Source: Eledone cirrhosa (Eukaryota). Taken from it: 64,000 nucleotides of DNA. Position 1 is the first letter of the stretch; the number at the start of each line of letters is the position of its first letter. The notes beneath the pieces are model-generated. The model had not been told where the DNA came from and searched no databases. It worked only from the letters and a program-made list of their open reading frames with translations. Below are positions 1-12,963 of the stretch, piece by piece. The DNA is taken from the NCBI GenBank assembly GCA_964016885.1, contig OZ024742.1, positions 192,634,001 to 192,698,000 of the forward strand. Reading direction: 5' to 3'. Both the position numbers and the translations under genes were made by a program.

Positions 1-49
<49 letters not shown>

Positions 50-434
50 ATATATATATATATATGGATATATATATATGGATATATATATATATGGATA
101 GTGAACATTTTGGAAGCCCATAACTTGAGTATTGGAACCTGTGTTATCACGAGGTTTTTCTATTAATTAAACGTAAATCAACAAAAAAAGCACATCTCTT
201 TTATAGTGAAATTTGGTTAATTTAGATATTTTATCTATGGCAAAACATCATTAGAATTATGACAAGAAAAATGATTAGTTAATGCCTCTAATTTCTTTAC
301 ATTCTCCCTTTACTTTTTCTCCATATCTTTATTTTTTCTCCATAAGTAATATCACTGATTTAAAATCAATCATCATTTTCTCACAAAAAAAAAAAGAATG
401 TGTGAAACGCAGCAAGGCGATGGTAAATCGGCTA

Positions 435-672
<238 letters not shown>

Positions 673-1059
673 ATATAGACATGACATCTGTTAATAACAT
701 TTTACACGGCATTCTAGGACAAATTTGACATAACGGTGAATATGAGTTTTCAATAAAAGAATCTATGCTTTTTTAACGACAAATATCCTCTATTTTAAAT
801 GAGATCAATTATGCTTAACCCTTATTGTACAATATTACAGAAAAATAGTGCCCAAAACGCATACGATAATATTTATTAACACTGATGTGATACAAACATT
901 AACGATACACAAGCTTCATTAGAATGCAGAGCATTTGACCTAACAGAAGCATATACAAACCTTAAGGTGAACTTTGGTACAAACATTAGCTGCAGGCTAA
1001 TAAAAGTAACGGAAGGATATTGAGACAGATGCCAATAATTTAAATATTTATTGCGATAT

Positions 1060-1545
1060 ATTCTTAACTGACTAGGTGATCCCCGATATGCACTGGATAG
1101 ATTTGTTATCGAGTGCTGCATGGCAGGAACGAAAATCAGTGTTGCGAAGTGTGAAGCGCTCGTCTCCGCAAGGACGCCTGCGCAGTTCACTCTATATATG
1201 AGTGGAATGCCACCGAATCAGGTGGAGAATTTCAAATATCTCGGAGCCTATTTCACAAATGAAAGAAATCAGGAAATTGAGTTAAGTGCAAGAATTGCAG
1301 AAGATGGTGTAGTAATGCGCCAGCTTCAGCTTTCGATCATCAGAAGAACGGGGGTAGGTGTAAAAGTCAAACTCGATATTTTCAATTCTGTATTCGTGCC
1401 AACCCTTAACTATGATTAAGAATATTGGGTAATGAGTGAAAGAATACGATCGCGAATACAAGAGGCCGAAATGGGATTCCTCCGAAGGGTCATTGGAGTA
1501 ACGTTACTCGATAGAGTGCATAGATCGGAGATCAGAGATAAGAAT
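1060..1545 (+). mobile_element. Degenerate RTE-clade (Rex3/Expander-like) LINE fragment, RT C-terminal part
   Basis: Translation QVENFKYLGAYFT...ARIAE...KLDIFNSVFVPTLNYD*EYWVMSERIRSRIQEAEMGFLRRVIGVTLLDRV matches the post-RT region of RTE elements; in-frame stop present. Confidence 0.8.
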
Positions 1546-2719
1546 TCACAGTTACAAGACTAAGCAGATTCTTACTCAGTAAAGTTGTCAATACATTCTA
1601 AGATAAGGAACGTAATTATATTTTTACTTGAATGTTGTCTAGGCGGGTGATCTACGCGTTTAAGATCTCACTTCAATTAGATTCACTGGAGACAAATGTA
1701 TTAATTATTTATTTGAAAGTGTATATTGCTAGAGGCAGAGCTGACTTATACCGAACACCTCAACTGGCAGCATTGTGTAGTGACCATTAAATATAGGGAC
1801 ACCGAACACGTCAACCGAACACGTCAACACGTCAATTGATTGTATTTCTAGACAACCTAGATTCCACTTGATGGAAGACATAGTTTTGAACGACATATAA
1901 GCCGTTGCTTCAAGATGAGTCAGCTAAAATGTAAAACTATAAACCAATTAAGGAATTAACGGTAAAATCAACAGTATTTGTGTATGAGGGAAAATTGATA
2001 AAGACTTGTAAACATAAATCTTCAGCGAACAACAACAAAAAAAAAAAAATTGCCGCAAAAGATAAAATTAGCTCTGTCTGAAAATATCAGTGTCAAAAAC
2101 TTTGTTAACTTCCTAATCTATCGTATAAAGCTAACTTCAGCTAAAGGCAACTTAGAAGTATTTTCACCATTCTGTAAGTATTTAGGGTAAAAAGCGAGTT
2201 TTGAGTAGGTGTTCCTTTAGTACAGTCTATACTCATCGTATCTTTGGTGGAATTATATTACTGATTCGAAGTAAACACAATTTTAAGAGAACCTTTTGCT
2301 TCCATATTTTGCTGTCTTACATTTCTTACGAATAAGTGTTACTCTAGTAGAGACTCATTAACTCAATTTCTTACAGTTTTTGTTGTTTTGCTCAAAGATT
2401 GTTTATAATTTTTTCCCTGTATTTATTTTAGGAGGTTTCCCGACCCATATCGGTATGAAAATTTTCGGTCTTGTTTTCGTGTACAACATGTCGAAAGAGC
2501 CCGATTTCAGACGCGATGACTTGTCTCGTATCCGTTATATTTTTATCATGAATAGTTCCCTTTCTTTAAGGGTTATTTATACAATGGGAAGTGAAGAACA
2601 CTGTCTTTAACACTCGAAACTACAAAGACATCAGTAGACAACCGACGGGCGAGCAATCCACATGTGCTAATTCTTTCAAGATTTCCGTGTCCTTCGTTTG
2701 TCACGTGTGCTAATTTGGG

Positions 2720-2775
<56 letters not shown>

Positions 2776-2808
2776 AATATATTCTTTAATTATTCTGTGG
2801 TTTCAGTC

Positions 2809-2846
<38 letters not shown>

Positions 2847-2849
<3 letters not shown>

Positions 2850-2930
2850 CGTATTCTTCCGTGTATACCGCGCAGTTTTTTTTCACTTCTTTCGTTGTTT
2901 GTTTTGGGGGTGCGCTGTATACACTCTAAC
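2847..2930 (+). mobile_element. Possible Tc2/pogo-type MITE end
   Basis: caccgtattcttccgtgtataccgcgca resembles CCGTATTTT-type pogo/Tc2 termini; no partner end found. Confidence 0.3.
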
Positions 2931-3904
2931 TAAATACTTCCAGCTTCATTTTAGACCTGTTAAGAGAAAACAGACAGCAGAAGACAGGGCACTGTATCAA
3001 TTATCAACTAATACCGAGTACCTTTCGACTTTGATCGTACCTTTTCTTATAATATATTATGTAATAAAACGTTTGAAGACAATTTTACTGATACACTTTA
3101 TATGTTGTTCCATCTATTTTTGCAATTTTTCTGTAATCCACAGTTTGTACAAAGTCATGTATATATTTACTCCATATTTTTCTGTCCCCGATTGATAAAT
3201 AATCCGTCAATGCTAGTGAATCTGTGTGAAATGAAGTGTTGAATTTTTGTGAGAATGCTAAAATGTCTTCAGCCTGACCTAACAATCATCTGTACCTTAA
3301 CTGATTAAAGACATACTGATAATAAAATAAAATACAAAAGACATTAACACATCTAAGTACTACATAATATACAGTTCCTATATTATCAAACACAAAATAA
3401 AACTCAAATCAATATCTAAAAAAAAAATCTTAACTAAGCATTTCCAGTCATTTTCCTGTTCAAAAAGGGCTCGTTATGCACGAATGCGTGCAACAAATTG
3501 CCTAATAATCCTTGCTATTTGCCTCACTTTCTTCTCACTTATGGAATTCATAGTACTTTCTATTACTTTCCCATACAACCAAATCTGCCATTCTTCACCT
3601 CTTCCCCCTATTTTTCATAACTTAATTTATTTTTAACCAGTTCAATTGATTGGTATCTATTTGACGACATTTCAAATTCTTACGTCGTGAAATAATTAAA
3701 TACATTTCACGAAAAAAACACCAACAAAAAAAAAGCTGAATGCCTATATTAGATCACAGACATCATTCATATTTCCTGACCTTTATATTTCGTAAAGCAA
3801 CCACCGACGTACACCAATACCTATTGTGGGAGAGACTGACATTATCAAGCAACAGCTGTCGTATTACGTAGTTTCTGCATATTATTAATAATAATAATTG
3901 TTGC

Positions 3905-4235
3905 TACTTTAGGCACAAGGCCAGCATTATTGGTACTTTATTTTATCGACACCGTAAGGATGAAAGGCAAAGTCAACCTCAGCGGGATTTGAACTCAGAT
4001 CGTGAAGAGACGTAACTATGCTGGAAAGCATGGCGTCCGACCCTCTACCGATACTGCCAATCGATTTCTTCTATAGGCACAAGGACAGCAATTTGAGGGA
4101 TTAGGAAAGTCGATTAAATCGACACCAGTGCATTACTGGTGCTTTGTTTATCGACCCCGTAAGGATGAAAGGTAAAGCTAACCACAGCGAGATTTGAACG
4201 TAAAACGTAAAGGGACGTAATTATATGCTGCAAAG
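3905..4235 (-). mobile_element. Two adjacent tRNA-derived SINE copies with a Meta-domain-like core
   Basis: Minus strand reads ...ctgagttcaaatcccgc.gaggttgactttgcctttcatccttacgg.gtcgataaa..aagtacc (B-box plus MetaSINE-like core); the same family recurs more than 10 times in the window. Confidence 0.85.
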
Positions 4236-4322
4236 AATGTATGATGCTCAACTTACACACACATACACACACACACAAACACGCACATATATATATATAT
4301 ACGTATGTATGCATATATTGAT

Positions 4323-4350
<28 letters not shown>

Positions 4351-4353
<3 letters not shown>

Positions 4354-4542
4354 GGAACCAGTAAGACCCCGACAGCTGAGCTCAAGCCGTTTCGACGGCT
4401 AATTCTGGACAGAATTAGCCGTCGAAACGGCTTGAGCTCAGCTGTCGGGGTCTTACTGGTTCCTATTACCCACTCTACTACCTCAAGTATTGAGTACTTT
4501 GGTGCGTTATGGTCCACCTGGTTCCTTACCACATTTCCTTCG

Positions 4543-4545
<3 letters not shown>
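4351..4545. mobile_element. Fold-back element family A: ~55-bp perfect inverted repeat plus tail, with the 3' half of an HHR
   Basis: ataggaaccagtaagaccccgacagctgagctcaagccgtttcgacggctaattctg is followed by its reverse complement; flanked by (TA)n; contains GAAACGGCT...AGCTGTC GGGG. Confidence 0.85.
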
Positions 4546-4600
<55 letters not shown>

Positions 4601-4676
4601 TTACGCACATATATACATACATACGCACACATGCATATATATGTACATATGTGTATATATATGTACATATGTATGT

Positions 4677-4747
<71 letters not shown>

Positions 4748-4911
4748 TATGTGTATGTATGTATGTATATATGTACATATGTGTGTGTATATATATATGT
4801 GTGTATGTATATAAATATATAAATATATATACATATATATGTATATATATATATATATATATACATATATATGTGTGTATATATATATATATGTGTGTAT
4901 ATGTAGATAAA

Positions 4912-5390
4912 TCTACCAAGAGTTTACGGTAGTGTCCAATCCGTATGAAGAACTCAATGTATTCCGGATATCATGGAAAGAAGAGATGTAATGAAAAATC
5001 ACTTTCGGTGAAAGATAAACGGAATACAGAGTCAAGATAAAATATTAAACAAATAATGAATAAAACAATGAAACAGTTCCTTATATTAAACAAAAAAAGT
5101 TCATTATTTAACGATCGTTTCTAGGATATATATGTGTTAGAATTGGCATGCATATTCAACAGATCTATGTACAAAATTATACAAAATTATACAAACTATA
5201 TGTGTTGGTATGTATATTTAATCTTGATAGTTTGTATAATTTTGTATAATTTTGTACATAGATCTGTTGAATATGCATGCCAATTCTAACACATATATAT
5301 CCTAGAAACGATCGTTAAATAATGAACTTTTTTTGTTTAATATAAGGAACTGTTTCATTGTTTTATTCATTATTTGTTTAATATTTTATG
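4912..5390. mobile_element. Fold-back element: ~160-bp perfect inverted repeat (~5037-5199 / ~5228-5389) with a unique tail on the left
   Basis: Arms are exact reverse complements around a ~27-bp spacer; includes the palindromic HHR-like 3' half GAAACGATCGTT; TA/TG microsatellite flanks. Confidence 0.85.
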
Positions 5391-5404
5391 TGTGTATATA
5401 TATA

Positions 5405-6921
5405 TATCATATTTACACATAATTTTTCTTCTGCTGCCACCCGTCTGTTTCGTTCTTTGTACCTTTTACCCTTTCTCGTTCTTTGTACCTTTTACCCTTT
5501 CTAGAAGTCTCTCTCTCTGTTAGCCTCCTCCCCAACTTTCACTCACTCATTCTCTGTCACTACCTCTCCTCCTCCTCTTTCCTCCTCCTCCTTCAAGTTT
5601 GACCTGTGTGTAATTCTTTTCTCGCGCGGTCTTGGTCAAGCTGGTATGGAATTTTTTTCTCTCTCTCTCTTTCGTCTGCGACTTCACAAAACTTATGTTT
5701 ACCGAATTCGTAGACCAGACCCCTTCTTCTTCTTCTTCTTCTTCTTCTTCTTCTTCTTCTTCTTCTTCTTCTTCTTCTTCTTCTTCTTCTTCTTCTTCTT
5801 CTTTTTCTTCCCCCCCGTTAGACCTGTGCGAAATTCCTTCCTTGCTCACATTTCAACCAGGTTTGATGGTCTTTTGTCTCTTGTTCACGATTTCACCGAG
5901 TTTATATTCATAGAGATCTGGGACTTGTCTATTTCTTCTCACTTTCCGTTGCTTAAACCATTTTGTTTGTTACCCTAACGTCCCCTTTATTTACGTGTCC
6001 CAACGACTTTTTTTAGCCGTTGTTCGCACCAACCTGAGGCATATGGCCCTTAAAGCGATGAAATGCCTGGGACGGTTGGAGGGTCACTGATGAAGGACTT
6101 ACTTTTTCATATGCACCACCATTTGCAACGCGCAGCCATCATTATTATCATATTTACACATAATTTTTCTTCTGCTGCCACCCGTCTGTTTCGTTCTTTG
6201 TACCTTTTATCCTTTCTCGTTCTTTGTACCTTTTACCCTTTCTAGCAGTCTCTCTCTCTGTTAGCCTCCTCCTCAACTTTCACTCACTCATTCTCTGTCA
6301 CTACCTCTCCTCCTCCTCCTCCTTCAAGTTTGACCTGTGTGTAATTCTTTTCTCGCGCGGTCTTGGTCAAGCTGGTATGGAATTTTTTTCTCTCTCTTTC
6401 GTCTGCGACTTCACAAAACTTATGTTTACCGAATTCGTAGACCAGACCCCTTCTTCTTCTTCTTCTTCTTCTTCTTCTTCTTCTTCTTCTTCTTCTTCTT
6501 CTTCTTCTTCTTCTTCTTCTTCTTCTTCTTCTTCTTCTTCTTCTTCTTCTTCTTCTTCTTCTTCTTCTTCTTCTTCTTCTTCTCCCCCGTTAGACCTGTG
6601 CGAAATTCCTTCCTTGCTCACATTTCAACCAGGTTTGATGGTCTTTTGTCTCTTGTTCACGATTTCACCGAGTTTATATTCATAGAGATCTGGGACTTGT
6701 CTATTTCTTCTCACTTTCCGTTGCTTAAACCATTTTGTTTGTTACCCTAACGTCCCCTTTATTTACGTGTCCCAACGACTTTTTTTAGCCGTTGTTCGCA
6801 CCAACCTGAGGCATATGGCCCTTAAAGCGATGAAATGCCTGGGACGGTTGGAGGGTCACTGATGAAGGACTTACTTTTTCATATGCATCACCATTTGCAA
6901 CGCGCAACCATCATTATTATC
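5405..6921. repeat. Tandem dimer of a ~741/776-bp non-coding unit with an internal (TTC)n tract
   Basis: Unit 1 is 5405-6145 and unit 2 is 6146-6921, near-identical except for (TTC)n length and small indels; (TA)n on both sides. Confidence 0.92.
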
Positions 6922-6941
6922 ATATATATATATATATATAT

Positions 6942-9900
6942 AATGGAAAAATTTGAACCGGAACAAAACAGAGAGGCAATACAACGAATGTTTATTAATT
7001 TCACGCTCTGGAGAGTGGGGTGGTGGTGGGGAACGACATTTCGGGCATAAGCCCTTCCTCAGGTGAGAAGTGTGTGGGAACAGAGTTCAAAGGGTGTGTA
7101 GGGAGAGGAATCAGGAAGCTGAGGGTGTGAATATGTGGTGGAAAGCACGTGTGTGTGGGGTTTAAGCGTGTTGTGGGTGTAGGTGGCGTGTGGGAGAAAA
7201 AACATTTTTTGGTGTGTGTGTGGGCGAGTTATATAGGTGATTCCGTAAGAGGATGGTTGAAATGTTGGTAAATTCCTATGATGTTTAGTAGATTCCGTGG
7301 TGGTCAAGTTCCACATACGAGTATTCCATGAAGAGATGGTCGGAAGAGGAGAGATGTGGGGTGCGCGTGCAACAGGAAGTGGTCAAGCGGTGGGAGTGCT
7401 GTGTGTCTGTATGTGCTGGGAGGTGGTCACAGGGCATAGCAGCAGTCAGGTGGAATGATAAAGGGGCGAGGATGGGTAGGTGTGAAAGTTGGAGTGAGGA
7501 GGGTGTGTGTGTGTATTAGTGGAGGTGTTAGTGGGATGAGTGAGTGTGGAGCGAGGGTGTGGGTGGAGCGGGGAGAGAAGGGTGTGTGTAGTTCTATGGA
7601 GGGAGTGTGGTGTACTGGTGTGTGTGTAGTTTGATGAAGGGGGTGTTATTGGGTGTTAGTATACGGGAGGATGGGAAAGGGTTGAATGCAGGTGTGAGTG
7701 GGGGTTAGTGGTGGTAGGGTGTGTAGAGTTGGTGGTGTACGAGGGTGTGTGGGTACGTGTGCGTGGGGTTGGGGGGTGTTAGTGATGTTAGTTGAGTGTG
7801 GGGTGGGTGGTGTAAGTGGGTGCGTGTGTTCGTGTGCTTGGGGTCAGGGGGGTGTTTTTGAGGTTAGTTGCGGGGTGGTGGGATGGAGGTGTGGGGGTGA
7901 GGGTTAGTGGTGGTAGTAGGGTGTATGTTTAGTGTGAGCGCGTGTAGATATGTGCCGGTGGGTGTGTGCGTGTGATAAGGAGGAGGGGGGAGGAGAAGAA
8001 GGGAAGGATGTTAGTATGTTAGTTGGGGAAGGGTGGTCGGATGAGAGGTGGAGTGGAGGTGTAAGAATTGTTAGTTGTGGGGTGGGCGGTGAAAAGGAGG
8101 GGTGTGTTAGTGGTGTTAGTGGGGGATAAGTGTGTGGAGGGGGGGGGTGTCGAAGGCTAAGGAATAAGGGTGGGGAGTTCAGGCCGGGGGGAGTGTGGGT
8201 CTGTAAGATGAAGATAGTTCTTTGTTCGACTCTAAGGCGATTGGCGGGTGTTCCGTGGCATTGGAGTAGGCCACAGACTGTGAGATGGCGTGCGGAATGT
8301 CCAGGGCCACCAAAGTGGCGGGCGATGGGGGAACTACCACCGAGACGAATATCCCGGAGGTGCTCAGTGAATCGGTCCGCCAGGCGACGTCCCGTCTGTC
8401 CGACAGAGAGAGGGTGGCCGTTAGGACCCTGGAAGGTGGTGGTGTTGGTGATGTGGGGACAGGTGTTGCAGCGGGGCCTAGAACAGGGAAAGGAACCGGG
8501 GGTGGAAACAGAGCGTGGGTTGGGGGTAGGGAGGTGTGGAGGAGGAGGGTGCGGAGATTTCGCTTGCGTTTGAAGGATGGGGTGGGGTTGGGAAGACGTG
8601 GGAGGTGGAGGGGTTGGACTGGAGGCGTCGGAAGAGGCGGCGGATGGTGCGGTGGAGGGGTAAGGTGGAGGGGTGGTAGGTGATGGGGAAGGGGAGACGG
8701 TGGGTGGGTGTGCGGTGGTGGGGTGAGGGTGGTGGAGCGGTGGACAGCACGGGCGCGGGTGAGAGCGGTGTGGACGAGAGAGAGGGGGGGGGGGGGTTAA
8801 CCTCTGCGGATGAAATGGCTGACTAGGGAAAGGGCCTGGGACTCGAAGTCAGCATCTCGGCTACAGAGGCGGCGGATCCTGAGGAGTTGGGAGTAGGGAA
8901 TGGAGTGTTTAGTGTGGGTGGGGTGGGAAGAGGTGAAGTCGAGGTAAGAGTGGGAGTCGGTGAGTTTGAAGAAGGCGGAGGTGACGAAAGAGTGGTGGGA
9001 GGGGTCGAAGGCGACGGAGATGTCTAAGAAGTGGACGTGGGTGGTGGAGATAGAGGTGGTGAAGTGGAGGGAGGGGTGGAAGGAGCAGAAGAAGGAGATA
9101 AAGGAGTCGAGCTGTTCTCGGGTGAGGGTCGTGGCTCCGATACAGTCGTCAATGTAACGACCGTACAGTTCGGGCGTAGGGCCGGTGTACTGGGCAAAGA
9201 TTTGGGCCTCAACATGGCCAACAAAAAGGTTGGCATAGATCGGGCCCATTCTTGTGCCCATGGCTACCCCCGTGACCTGTTGGTAAAACTCACCCGAGAA
9301 GGAGAAACAATTGAGGGTGAGGACCAGCTCGGCGAGGCGAAGGAGGGTGGGGGGTGGAGGGATTTGGGGGAGGGGCGAAGATCGAGGTAGTGTTTGAGGG
9401 CGCGTAGGCCGTCGGCGTGGGGATGACGGTATAGAGGGACTTGATGTCTAGGGTGAAGAGGAAGGGCTGTGGGCCGGGTGGGTAGGTGAAGGAGTCGAAA
9501 AGGCGCAGGGCGTGGTTGGTGTCGGAGATGTGGGAGGGGAGGGTGGTGACAAGGGGGGCGAGGATGGAGTCGAGAAAGGCGGAGATGAGTTCGGTGGGGA
9601 AGTTGCAAGCGGAGACGATGGGGCGGCCGGGGTTTGTCGGGTTTGGGGAGTTTGGGGAGGAAGTAGATGGTGGGTTTGCGGGGTGTGCGGACGATGAGGT
9701 GGGAAGCGGTGGGGGGGGGGGAGGCGAAAAGGTCTTGGATGGTGGAGGAGACTTGTTGTTGGTAGAGGAGGGTGGGATCGGAGGGTAGACGGCCTTAGAA
9801 GAGGGGGTTACAGAGCTGCCTGAGGGCTTCGGCCGTGTAGAGGTCCGCGCGCCACACCAATACGGCGCCTCCCTTGTCCGCCGGTTTGATGACGATGTCA

Positions 9901-10241
9901 TCTCGGCTACGGAGGGAGCGGAGAGCGAGGAGTTCGCCCCGTGAGATATTGTACCGTTTGGAACGGTGGCGGAAGTCGAAACGATTTACTGCGCTACGGC
10001 TGGCATCGACGAACGCGTCCAGGGTGCTAAATTGCCCTGGGGCCGGCATCCAAGAAGATGGTCGTCGGCCCAGGGCGAGAAACGGGTCTGGGGGTATGGT
10101 TGCAAGAAGTGGTGGGGTTGGGGTGTGTGTGGGGGGGAGGGAGGGTGTGGTGAGGGTGGAGGTGGAGGGTGGAGATTGTGTAGGGGTGTGGGTCGAGGGT
10201 GGGCGTGTGGGGATGGGCGGGTGGTGGTGGATGGGGTAGGC

Positions 10242-10243
<2 letters not shown>
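6942..10243 (-). mobile_element. Penelope-like retroelement, Neptune-type (RT + Cys linker + GIY-YIG endonuclease), 5'-truncated and frameshifted, with a long 3' UTR and HHR remnant
   Basis: Motifs IVIKPADKGG, PGRPIVSACN, FTLDIKSLYTVIP, GVAMGTRMGPIYANLF, YGRYIDDCIG, CSRPRCNTCPHI, VGQTGRRLADRFTEHLRDI, IARHF, EQRTIFILQTHTPPGLN; bounded by (TA)n on both sides. Confidence 0.93.
7035..7066 (-). ncRNA. Minimal PLE-type hammerhead motif (degenerate)
   Basis: Minus strand CTGAGGA-A-GGGC-TTAT-GCCC-GAAA-TGTC; stem I is poor. Confidence 0.65.
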
Positions 10244-10293
<50 letters not shown>

Positions 10294-10321
10294 TTATGTA
10301 ATAAACAACATAAGGCAATTA

Positions 10322-10380
10322 TTCCATTTACCAGTGGTTTCTTAAAAGCAAAAGGTTTTGCTTTCAATCCTCAGAATGAA
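10322..10380 (-). ncRNA. Type I hammerhead ribozyme, family B copy 1
   Basis: TTCATT-CTGAGGA-TTGAAAGCAAAA-CC-TTTTGCTTTTAA-GAAA-CCACTGG-TA-AATGGAA: stem I, long stem II, palindromic stem III, GUA site. Confidence 0.85.
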
Positions 10381-10677
10381 AAAATCCTGGTTTGTTTATT
10401 GGATTTGGATCTTAAAAACAAAAAAAGCAAGCTATATGAAAGTGAGGCTGGAGAAGGAAGAAGGAAAGGAAAAATAAAAATAAAATAAGACTACCCATAC
10501 AACCACACATACACGAAAACACACACACACATACACACACACACACACATACACACACGCGCATACACACACACGTTATTCCGGGTTGAATCGGAGGCAG
10601 CCACAGTAAGCAAGGCACTCAGTACACCGCAGAGCATGAAGGTTATAATACAGATGAGAATCTATGTATGTATACAA

Positions 10678-10716
<39 letters not shown>

Positions 10717-11095
10717 TGTGTATGCGCGCACGCACGCACGCGTAAACAAACATAAATATATTTCCCCCATACACATGTGTGTGCGTGCATGCGCGCATAC
10801 GCGCAGGGTATGTTCTGTTGAAAGTGTCTCGTGAATTTATGGCTACAGTTGTATAGATTATACTTAGAAATTGTCTACAGAATTCCCTAAACCTTCGTCA
10901 ATTTACTAGAACCTTTAAGAATTTAGCTTTTAAGGAATCTCCCCTTCCTCCAAAACTATCTACCATGACTGACCCCATACTGATCTTACAGACACCTGTA
11001 AGCTAAAGAGAAAGCTAATGATAAGGATTGGCTCCAATCTGAATACAGAAATCTGTCTGCCTTTGTTCCTCTAAGAACAAACATATACAAACATT

Positions 11096-11165
<70 letters not shown>

Positions 11166-11384
11166 TATCTACACACACACACGCATACATATATATATAT
11201 ACACACACACATACACACACACACATGCATATATACACACACATACACACACACACATGCATATATACACACACATACACACACACACACACATATACAC
11301 ACGCATATATATACACATATACATATATACATGTATGCGCGTGTGTACACGCATACACATACGTACACATAGCCATACCCACAC

Positions 11385-11449
<65 letters not shown>

Positions 11450-12058
11450 CATACATTCACACAATCAAGCATATATACACACGTACATGCATACACATAC
11501 ATAAATGCACACCTCTACATATTCACACAGGCAAATAAATATAAGAAAGAAAAAAAATATATATATTATAAAAATATTGAGACCGTTACATAAGGCAGCA
11601 AACTGGACAGACAAGCGTGGTAAGAAACACACGCAAAAGCACATATACATACGCACGAAATAGTCAACGCATTCACACACTCTCACACATAAAAAAAATT
11701 TTAAATACAAATACATAACCGCATACATACGCATACATGCATAACCACGCACAAGTGTACAATCTATACACACACACATGTGTATACAACTATATGCACA
11801 CACACACATATATGCATACATAAACACACATATATATACATAAATACAAACGTACACACACACATAATTATACACGTACACATACACACACATATACATA
11901 CATAGCTAAACAATTATACACATACAAATACGTATATATCATAAACACGCACAACAGAACACAAACACACACACACACACACACACACATACACACACAC
12001 ACTCACACATACAATTATCAATATATACACACGCACATACGTACACACACACATATAT

Positions 12059-12126
<68 letters not shown>

Positions 12127-12155
12127 ATTATGTAATAAACAACATAAGGCAATTA

Positions 12156-12214
12156 TTCCATTTACCAGTGGTTTCTTAAAAGCAAAAGGTTTTGCTTTCA
12201 ATCCTCAGAATGAA
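12156..12214 (-). ncRNA. Type I hammerhead ribozyme, family B copy 2
   Basis: Core identical to 10322-10380. Confidence 0.85.
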
Positions 12215-12412
12215 AAATCCTGGTTTGCTTATTGAATATGGATTCTAAAAACAAAAATGCAATCTATATGAAAGTGAGGCTGGAAAAGGGAAAAGGAAAG
12301 GAAAAATAAAATAAAACTACACATGCAAACACACACAAAAAAACACAAAAGCATACTTACACACACATACATATATACATATACATAAATGTACGCATAC
12401 ACATATACATAT

Positions 12413-12458
<46 letters not shown>

Positions 12459-12924
12459 AGCGTACACCTACACACACATACACATATATACACACATATA
12501 CACATACATACATTCATACATACACACACACATACACACACACATATACACACACACACACACATACACACACACATATATATACACACATACATACATT
12601 CACACAAACATACAACGTACATACATACACATACATGAATGCACTCCACTACATATTCACACACGCAAATAAATATAAGAAAAAAAAAAATAAATATATA
12701 TTAACAAATTTTTGACAGCGATACATGCCCCAGCTAACAGGACAGACACGCGTGGTAAGTAATACACACAAAAGCACATATACATACGTACGAAATAGTA
12801 AACACATACACACACTCTCACACATAAATATACATATACAAATACATAAACACGTACATACACATTCATACACAAACACGTACACGTATATAATATAAAC
12901 ACACACATGTATATGTAATTATAT

Positions 12925-12960
<36 letters not shown>

Positions 12961-12963
<3 letters not shown>

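Noticed and set aside
2655-2720. U6 snRNA-like antisense words (tgctaatt)
   Set aside because: Match too short; remaining U6 motifs absent.
5997-6086. Canonical HDV or pistol ribozyme
   Set aside because: No J4/2 catalytic strand and oversized L3 for HDV; strand order does not fit pistol.
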